A DNA stretch of 6,325 bases, from the NCBI GenBank assembly GCA_013416795.1, contig RQSC01000015.1, positions 1 to 6,325 on the forward strand. The letters run 5' to 3'. Shown piece by piece: positions 1-5,701 of this stretch. The translations under genes were made by a program, and so were the position numbers. The notes beneath the pieces are model-generated. The model searched no databases. It had not been told where the DNA came from and saw nothing but the letters and a program-made list of their open reading frames with translations. Each line of letters begins with the position of its first letter. Position 1 is the first letter of the stretch. The stretch comes from Prasinococcaceae sp. CCMP 1430 (taxonomy: Eukaryota > Plantae > Prasinodermophyta).

Positions 1-56
1 CCCTAAACCCTAAACCCTAAACCCTAAACCCTAAACCCTAAACCCTAAACCCTAAA
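1..56 (-). repeat. Telomeric array (CCCTAAA)8, plant/Arabidopsis-type TTTAGGG
   Basis: Eight perfect CCCTAAA units start at base 1. The C-rich strand on + is the orientation expected at a left chromosome end. Confidence 0.97.
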
Positions 57-57
57 C

Positions 58-89
58 AAAACCCTACCCTGAATTCAGGTTAGGGTTTT
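58..89. repeat. 32-bp near-perfect palindrome built from telomere-like sequence
   Basis: AAAACCCTACCCTGAATTCAGGTTAGGGTTTT is centred on GAATTC (71-76). 15 of 16 pairs are complementary, with one mismatch (67/80). Confidence 0.9.
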
Positions 90-244
90 TCAGGCTTCGT
101 GTTTCAGCTCGGCGGTTTCATGACGAGTGCCGTGCAGGCGTTTGTGTGCCCATGTTGAGTGCGGAGAGGCTGCGGCCGACTTTTACGAGTCTTTAGCACT
201 CTTCAGATGTCGAAATGCCCCCGTGAGCGCAGAGTTATGACCGT

Positions 245-805
245 TTGACTATTTTGCTGCATTTGATAGATCTTCACGTGTGTCTGCACCTCGATGGAAT
301 AGAGTGTCGGCACGCTGTGGCAGGATGGCGCGTTCGGCAATTTTGTAGGCAGTGTTTTGCACGAGCGGCGTGCGCTGTGGCGCGCGGCTGCGACCCCGGC
401 GGGTTTGCGATCACGGGCCGCGTTTGTACGCACCTGTTTTACGCCCGTGGACCTCGTAGCCCCCCACCTAGTCCCTCGAGCCCCCCTGTGCCTCGACCAC
501 CTCCTCCGAGCCCGTCTCCTCCGCCTCCTCCACCGCCTCCTCCGAGCCCGCCTCATCCTCATCCTCCTCCTCCGAGCCCACCGCCTCCTCCTTCCGAGAG
601 CCCGCTTCCGAGGATTTCCGCGCCTCACTGCGCCGACGGCATCTCCGCTGCCAGCGTCGCCGCCGCCGCCGTGGTGGCCGCCCTCCTCTTTTTTGGGCTG
701 CGCAGCGGGAGGCCGAGGGAGAGCGAGCACACCGTCGAGACGACTCCCTTTACTCCTGCCCAGCGCGAGCGACGGCCACCATCATCGGCACCACGGCCCT
801 CGTAG
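245..805 (+). CDS. Pro/Ser-rich (extensin/HRGP-like) stalk plus C-terminal transmembrane segment; probable fragment or pseudogene of a cell-surface protein
   Basis: The frame is open from 227 to TAG 803-805. It has (P)nSP repeats, then the hydrophobic GISAASVAAAAVVAALLFFGL, then basic RSGRPR. There is no in-frame ATG or signal peptide (the ORF caller used TTG), and upstream in-frame stops lie at 194 and 224. Confidence 0.5.
   Translation: MTILLHLIDLHVCLHLDGIECRHAVAGWRVRQFCRQCFARAACAVARGCDPGGFAITGRVCTHLFYARGPRSPPPSPSSPPVPRPPPPSPSPPPPPPPPPSPPHPHPPPPSPPPPPSESPLPRISAPHCADGISAASVAAAAVVAALLFFGLRSGRPRESEHTVETTPFTPAQRERRPPSSAPRPS
500..579 (+). repeat. Three copies of CCTCCTCCGAGCCC encoding PPPSP units
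   Basis: Copies at 500-513, 536-549 and 566-579. Confidence 0.9.
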
Positions 806-1057
806 ATGCGGCACGAACGGCCCTCGAGGCCGTACGCTGTCCTCATGCATTTTTACGTGCGAATTCGAGTCGTCGCCGAGCCTCCTGCCCAGGTTCAAAC
901 GAATGCATTCTGACGTGCGGCCAAAGTGCACTCTTCTTGTCCCGTTGCGTCCTCGGTGTAGCCAAAATGCCCAACCCGAGTAAGCCTAGCAAAACTACAT
1001 TACCGGCCGCGAAAGGAGAGCGCGCGCCCAGAGCGCGCTCGCTGCCCGCGCGGGCGC

Positions 1058-1097
1058 GCGCCAGCAGCCACACCGCGCGCGAGCGCCAGCAGCCACA
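1058..1097 (+). repeat. 15-bp direct repeat GCGCCAGCAGCCACA x2
   Basis: Identical copies at 1058-1072 and 1083-1097. Confidence 0.85.
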
Positions 1098-1570
1098 TCC
1101 CGACAAACGGCCCGACGAACGACGAACCTCTCAGAGCGCTTCTTCTGCTGATCGCCCCCCCAAGCACACAGCGTCCCGCCTGCCCCCTCGCGGCCACACA
1201 GCGCGACGTCGCGCCCGCCTCCGCCGCGCGTTCGAAACCGAATGTATTTTGACTCGAAACTTTCTCTCCCGTGGGGGTATCCAAGTGGCCGCGCGCGTTC
1301 GCGTTCGCCCGCCGCCGCCGCGCGGGCGTGTGCCGCCCTCGCCTCGGCGCCGCCTCCAACCTCAACCCCCCATCGCCAACCGCGCGGCATCCCTCCAACG
1401 CCCCCACCAAATCGCCTTCGTGTGCCCAGCTTCACAGACCCTTTTCTCCTTTGCCCTTATTCCGCGCGCGCGCTATCGCGGGGCGTCGGCATTGAGGCCG
1501 GCGGGCGCAAGATTTCGCGCGCGCACGCGGGCGCCGGATTTCCACGCGGATTTGCGCACCGCGGGCGCGG

Positions 1571-1621
1571 ATAGGGTACAAACCCTATTGAGTTGTACCC
1601 TAACATTGGCCCTAACCTGAA
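1571..1621 (+). repeat. Interstitial degenerate telomere-like cluster, including a telo-box AAACCCTA
   Basis: AAACCCTA 1580-1587, ACCCTAAC 1597-1604 and CCCTAACCTGAA 1610-1621 form an AT-richer island in very GC-rich DNA. They have the same strand orientation as the terminal array. Confidence 0.7.
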
Positions 1622-1894
1622 CGACCGAGCGCGGGCGTTTTGCGGCGCGCGCCGGGCGCGCGCGCAGGCGGCGGCGCGCCGCCTGTCTCGCCCGCGACCG
1701 TCCGCGGGCGCGGCGCTCGCCCTAACGGCCGGGCGCAGGCGCGCGTTCGCCCCCTCGCTCGTCGCGCGCCCCCCCCCGAAAGAAACGCGTAGCCGACTCT
1801 GTCGGGGAGCCCGGTCAGTGCTACGCACGACGATCGCAAGCCCCATCCGCTGACCGCGCCCAACCCCCTGCCGCCCCCATCCCTGACACGGCAG

Positions 1895-2071
1895 GTCCAG
1901 CGCGAGGAGCTCACGCAGCTCATGTTCGAGACGTTTTCCGTGCGCGGGCTGTTCATCGCGCCGCAGCCGGTGCTGGCGCTCTACGCGGCCAACCGCACGA
2001 CGGGCGTCGCCGTGGACTGCGGCCATGGCTCCTGCACGGTGACGCCCGTCATTGACGGCGTGGCGCAAACG
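1895..2071 (+). CDS. ARP7: ARP7 exon (first one recognisable): VQREELTQLMFETF...IDGVAQT
   Basis: Branch motif CTGAC 1883-1887, acceptor AG 1893-1894, donor GTGCGT at 2072. Confidence 0.85.
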
Positions 2072-3417
2072 GTGCGTCGCACCGGCGCGAGGCGCGGAGC
2101 GAGCAGCTCGTGGTCATCGGCCCGCACCCGACCAAAGGACAGCTGCTGACGACCGGCCCCCGCGCGCTCCTCTGACCCCCACCCACCCACCCACCCACAC
2201 ACACACACGACGCGACGCTCCTTCCCATCGGCACCCACTCCCGCTCACCGCACCCGCACACGAACGAATGAGTAGGCCGCCGCGCGCGAGCTCCGCGTGG
2301 GCGGCGAGGACGTCACGCGGCGCCTCGGCCGCGACGTCCTGGCCGGNNNNNNNNNNNACCCGTCTGGCCGGCGCGGGCGGCGGCGCGTCGCGGCTGGGCG
2401 AGCCCGGGGATTTCGATGCCGACACCTACGCGCGCGGCGTCGACGCGCTCTCGCCTGCAATGGGCGGTGCGGGCGAGCTCAAGGAGGTTTGCGCGCGCGT
2501 CGCGCCCAGCCGCTCGGCGTTCGCCGCGGGCGGCGGGGACGCGGGCGCGCAGGGCAACGGCGCCCCCTCGGGGGCCGACGCCGGTGCGGAGACCTTCACG
2601 TTGCCGGACGGCCGCACGGTGCGCGCTGCGCTGCGCGCGCGCATCCGCGCATCCGCGCATCCGCGCAGGCCGCACGGGCCGCACGGGTGCGCGCTGCCGC
2701 GCGCTTGACGCTCCCTCCCATCCCGCCTCCTCCTGACGCCCACCCATCGCGCTCGCCGCTCCCGACCCTCGCGCGCCGCAGTTCTCCGTCGGCGAGTCCG
2801 TGCGCCTGACGGCTGGGGAGTGCCTCTTCGACCCCGCTTTGGTAGGACAAGGCGACGAGAGCCCCTTGCACAACCTGGTCTACCAGGCGGTGCTGGCCTG
2901 CCCGGCCGACAGCCGCAAGGCGCTGTGGGAGACGATCGTGCCCTGCGGTGGCGCGGCCTGTGTCGAAGGTGCGGCGGCGGCGGCGGCGGCGCGCGCGCGC
3001 GCGCGCACGCGTGCGCGCGCCCCGGCGCGTTTTCGGCGCTCCCGCGACCCTCGCGCCATGCCGGCGTTCAGGTGGTCGACCCGGGGTAAACTCTCGCCCA
3101 TCGTGCGCGCACACCCGTCGCTGACGCACGCGCCATGGGGCGGCCGCTCGTCGCTCGCGGCCTCCCGTCGCACGCGCGCCTCCCGATGTCGACCAGGCTT
3201 TTCGGAGCGCCTCCAAGCGGGGTGCGCCGAGCTGGCCCCGCCGTCTACCAAGGCTGGGGTCGTGCGCCCGCCCGAGTACATGCCGGCCGGTGCCGTGCGC
3301 CACGCGAGCTGGCTGGGCGGCGCCATCCTGGCCAAGATCGTCTTCACGCAAAACCAGCACATGTCGCACTACGACTACGACGAGGAGGGGCCCACTGCCG
3401 TACACAGGAAGCTCTGA
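1895..3417 (+). CDS. ARP7: Actin-related protein 7 (nuclear ARP), spliced, 5'-partial; exons 1895-2071, 2276-2618, 2782-2968, 3197-3417
   Basis: The spliced translation gives QREELTQLMFETF, LYAANRTTGVAVDCGHG, TFTLPDGRT-FSVGESVRLTAGECLFDP and RPPEYMPAGAVRHASWLGGAILAKIVFTQNQHMSHYDYDEEGPTAVHRKL*. The PPEYMP...W.GGAILAK.VF.QNQH tail matches plant ARP7 as recalled (not aligned by tool). All three introns are GT-AG with CTGAC/CTCAC branch motifs, and phases are consistent except across the 11-N gap. Confidence 0.88.
2178..2208 (+). repeat. Compound microsatellite (CCCA)5(CA)5 in an ARP7 intron
   Basis: Read directly from the sequence. Confidence 0.9.
2276..2618 (+). CDS. ARP7: ARP7 exon: AAARELRVGGEDVTRRLG...TFTLPDGRT (contains the 11-N gap)
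   Basis: Acceptor TAG ends at 2275 and the donor GTGCGC starts at 2619. The reading frame changes across the N gap, so the stated gap length is inexact. Confidence 0.8.
2347..2357. other. Assembly gap, 11 N
   Basis: Run of N. Confidence 1.
2639..2685 (+). repeat. Intronic tandem repeats (GCGCATCC)3 and (GGCCGCACG)2
   Basis: At 2639-2662 and 2668-2685; both recur in the duplicated segment at +3188. Confidence 0.9.
2782..2968 (+). CDS. ARP7: ARP7 exon: FSVGESVRLTAGECLFDP...IVPCGGAACVE
   Basis: Branch motif CTGAC 2733-2737, first downstream AG at 2780-2781, donor AAG|GTGCGG at 2969 (phase 1). Confidence 0.87.
2971..3020 (+). repeat. (GCG)6 followed by a 32-nt alternating purine/pyrimidine tract
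   Basis: (GCG)6 at 2971-2988. The RY alternation spans 2989-3020 and contains a perfect 22-bp palindrome at 2999-3020. Confidence 0.9.
3197..3417 (+). CDS. ARP7: ARP7 terminal exon: GFSERLQ...AVHRKL*
   Basis: Branch motif CTGAC 3121-3125, first downstream AG at 3195-3196, stop TGA 3415-3417. Confidence 0.9.
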
Positions 3418-3429
3418 TGCGCCCGGCGG

Positions 3430-3452
3430 CTCTCTCTCTCTCTCTCTCTCTC
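3430..3452 (+). repeat. (CT)11 microsatellite between convergent genes
   Basis: Read directly from the sequence. Confidence 0.95.
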
Positions 3453-3484
3453 CCCCCAGCTCGCTCGCGCGCGCTCGCGCTGCG

Positions 3485-3489
3485 TGTAA
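3485..3489 (+). terminator. TGTAA (UGUAA) putative polyadenylation signal of ARP7
   Basis: It lies about 67 nt after the ARP7 stop. UGUAA is the established dominant poly(A) signal in Chlamydomonas and other chlorophytes. Confidence 0.55.
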
Positions 3490-3502
3490 GCCGCGTTCTC
3501 GC

Positions 3503-3507
3503 TTACA
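3503..3507 (-). terminator. TGTAA putative polyadenylation signal overlapping the TAA stop of the coiled-coil gene
   Basis: The minus strand reads CTG TAA. Confidence 0.4.
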
Positions 3508-4249
3508 GGTCGCCGGCGCTGACCTCGTGCTCGCCGAACGTGTCGCCGAGATCCTCCTCCGACGGCACCCCTCGTTGCGCGCGCCCCCCTCTGTCCGCGC
3601 GCGCGCCCGCGGTCCCGGCGCCCACTCCACTCGCGATTCGCTGCAGCTCTCCCGCGGCCTCCTCGGCGTCTGCGGCGGCGCGCTCGAGCTCGGCCTCGAC
3701 GTCGTCGGCCGCGCCGGCGCCCGCCTTTGCCGCCTGCCGCGCGGCGGCCTGCGCGCCAGCGATTTTCACGCGCGCCTGCAGCGCTTTGTTCTCGGAGCGC
3801 AGCGCCGCGACCTCGGCGTTCAGCGCCGCCATCGACTCGCTGGCCAGGCGCTCTCGCTTTTCGCTCTTCGCGGCGCCTTCGCTGAGCGTCGTCACCTCCT
3901 TTTGCAGCGCCGCCTCGTCGACCGCGCCGGGCTTGGCCTTGCTCTCGGCGGTGACGGTCGCGAGCTCGTCTTGCACCCGGTGCAGCTTCTCGTCGGCGGC
4001 GAGCGCTTCGCGACGCGCGGACTCCTGCGCGGCCTTGGCAACGGCATTCGCCCGCTCGGCCCTGGCCAGGGCGTCCTCGAGCGACGCGCTCAGCCGCGCG
4101 CCGTTCGCGTGCTGCTTGTAGTGCAGCGCGGCGCTCGCGAGCAGCAGCAGGCCCAGCACGGTGGGGAGCGCGCCGACGCTGCCGCCGCGGCCACCCCCAC
4201 GCGGCGTTTTGCGGCCCTTTGCGGTGGCGTACTGGTACGAGGGGAGCAT
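3503..4249 (-). CDS. Hypothetical 248-aa type II membrane protein with a long coiled coil
   Basis: ATG at 4249, TAA at 3505-3503. A basic N-tail (MLPSYQYATAKGRKTPR) is followed by the TM-like GALPTVLGLLLLASAAL and an Ala/Glu/Lys/Arg-rich helical region. Third codon positions are strongly G/C. The frame is open upstream to the N gap, so the start could lie further 5'. Confidence 0.75.
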   Translation of the reverse strand: MLPSYQYATAKGRKTPRGGGRGGSVGALPTVLGLLLLASAALHYKQHANGARLSASLEDALARAERANAVAKAAQESARREALAADEKLHRVQDELATVTAESKAKPGAVDEAALQKEVTTLSEGAAKSEKRERLASESMAALNAEVAALRSENKALQARVKIAGAQAAARQAAKAGAGAADDVEAELERAAADAEEAAGELQRIASGVGAGTAGARADRGGRAQRGVPSEEDLGDTFGEHEVSAGDL

Positions 4250-4250
4250 C

Positions 4251-4270
4251 GCGCCGCGCCGCGCCGCGCC
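4251..4270 (+). repeat. (GCGCC)4 immediately upstream of the coiled-coil gene ATG
   Basis: Read directly from the sequence; it lies just before the large gap. Confidence 0.85.
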
Positions 4271-4288
4271 GCTCGCCGCCCGCCCCGC

Positions 4289-4920
4289 NNNNNNNNNNNN
4301 NNNNNNNNNNNNNNNNNNNNNNNNNNNNNNNNNNNNNNNNNNNNNNNNNNNNNNNNNNNNNNNNNNNNNNNNNNNNNNNNNNNNNNNNNNNNNNNNNNNN
4401 NNNNNNNNNNNNNNNNNNNNNNNNNNNNNNNNNNNNNNNNNNNNNNNNNNNNNNNNNNNNNNNNNNNNNNNNNNNNNNNNNNNNNNNNNNNNNNNNNNNN
4501 NNNNNNNNNNNNNNNNNNNNNNNNNNNNNNNNNNNNNNNNNNNNNNNNNNNNNNNNNNNNNNNNNNNNNNNNNNNNNNNNNNNNNNNNNNNNNNNNNNNN
4601 NNNNNNNNNNNNNNNNNNNNNNNNNNNNNNNNNNNNNNNNNNNNNNNNNNNNNNNNNNNNNNNNNNNNNNNNNNNNNNNNNNNNNNNNNNNNNNNNNNNN
4701 NNNNNNNNNNNNNNNNNNNNNNNNNNNNNNNNNNNNNNNNNNNNNNNNNNNNNNNNNNNNNNNNNNNNNNNNNNNNNNNNNNNNNNNNNNNNNNNNNNNN
4801 NNNNNNNNNNNNNNNNNNNNNNNNNNNNNNNNNNNNNNNNNNNNNNNNNNNNNNNNNNNNNNNNNNNNNNNNNNNNNNNNNNNNNNNNNNNNNNNNNNNN
4901 NNNNNNNNNNNNNNNNNNNN
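4289..4920. other. Assembly/scaffold gap, 632 N
   Basis: Run of N. Confidence 1.
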
Positions 4921-5701
4921 GGCGCTCGTCGCCCTCGGCGAGGTCCGACTCCGCGACGGCCGACGCGGCGGTGGCCGCGGACCCCGTCAGCCTGTACTCG
5001 CGGCCCTCGGCGCCGCCGCCGCCGCCGCCGCCGCGCCCGCCCTCGCCGACGTCCGCCTCGCCGATGCCCATCGCGCCGATGCGATTCTGCGGGAACGACG
5101 CCAGCAGCGAGTCGAAGCGCGGCCGCCCCAGGCCGCTGCCGCGGACGCGGCCGTTCTGATCGAGGGTGACGTACGCGGACGCGACGCGGCCGCGGGCGCC
5201 GCCGTCGCCCCGGCCGCCGTCGGCGCCGCCGCCGACGAGCTCCTCGAACCACGCGGCGAAGCGCGCGGGCGACGAGGGAAGCAGGACGAAGCTCGCCCCG
5301 GCCCAGCTGCTCGCGAGCGCGCTCGCCCCGCCGGCGCCCGCGTCGCTCGCCACCGGGACCACGTACAGTTTGGAGGCGGCCAGCCGGCGCGCGTACACGG
5401 CCGCGCGCCCGACGTCCTCGATGAGGTCCGCCTCCTTGCCGTAGAGGAGCACGCAGCGCGCGGACCCTGCCTTCAGATCGGCCACGCACGCGGCCTTCTC
5501 GTTGCCGTACCGGTCGAAGCGCCGCAGCGGCATCGCCCCGACCCGCAGCTCGGTGGCGAAGCGCGCGGAGTCGCGCGCGCGGCGGCGCAGGTCGGAGCGC
5601 ACGCTCAGCCCACACCCGGCGACGAGCGCGGCGTTGGCCGCGAGGAGCGCAGTGGCGTCGGGATCGGCGCCGCGCAGCGCGTCGGCGAGCGTGCCGGGCA
5701 T
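4921..5701 (-). CDS. LPA1/REP27-like (DUF3493 family, low PSII accumulation) protein; 5'-truncated, 3' end in the gap
   Basis: AYVTLDQNGRVRGSGLGRPRFDSLLASFP resembles the recalled LPA1 motif YLSLRLDGRVRGSGVGYPPW. It is preceded by DLKAGSARCVLLYG, LYVVPV and FAAWFEE, and by a hydrophobic helix (ATALLAANAALVAGCGLSV) corresponding to the second DUF3493 TM. This is family-level recognition from memory; orthology is not established. Confidence 0.72.
5012..5032 (+). repeat. (GCC)7 encoding poly-Gly in the LPA1-like C-terminal extension
   Basis: Read directly from the sequence. Confidence 0.9.

Noticed and set aside
500-1097. Short direct repeats considered as a CRISPR-like array
   Set aside because: The context is eukaryotic, there are only 2-3 copies with no regular unique spacers, and the first set is explained by Pro codons.
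843-1106. 87-aa minus ORF with the hydrophobic stretch NVVLLGLLGLGIL
   Set aside because: It is short, has no recognisable family, and its third-position GC bias is weaker than in the real genes.
1230-1239. GTTCGAAACC resembling a tRNA T-loop/B-box
   Set aside because: No A-box, anticodon arm or acceptor stem can be built around it.
1242-1574. ORF containing FTDP and GIEAGG, faintly like ARP7 N-terminal motifs
   Set aside because: The motifs are in the wrong order, the DW motif is absent and no donor site links them to exon 1895. Treated as chance.
74-1621. Autonomous transposon or telomeric retroelement
   Set aside because: No transposase, reverse transcriptase or endonuclease coding sequence and no target-site duplication are visible.
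1571-1645. Telomerase RNA gene (template-like AAACCCTA, TTTT at 1638-1641)
   Set aside because: There is no recognisable USE/TATA type-3 Pol III promoter upstream, the template-like match is only 8 nt, and no conserved plant TR elements were seen. An Infernal search would be needed.
2345-2360. Apparent frameshift in ARP7
   Set aside because: It coincides with the 11-N gap. A true gap of 3n+1 nt restores the frame, so it is not evidence of recoding or pseudogenisation.
3072-3085. Possible micro-exon (TTCAG|14 nt|GTAAAC) in the last ARP7 intron
   Set aside because: It would shift the frame, and ARP7 similarity is continuous without it.
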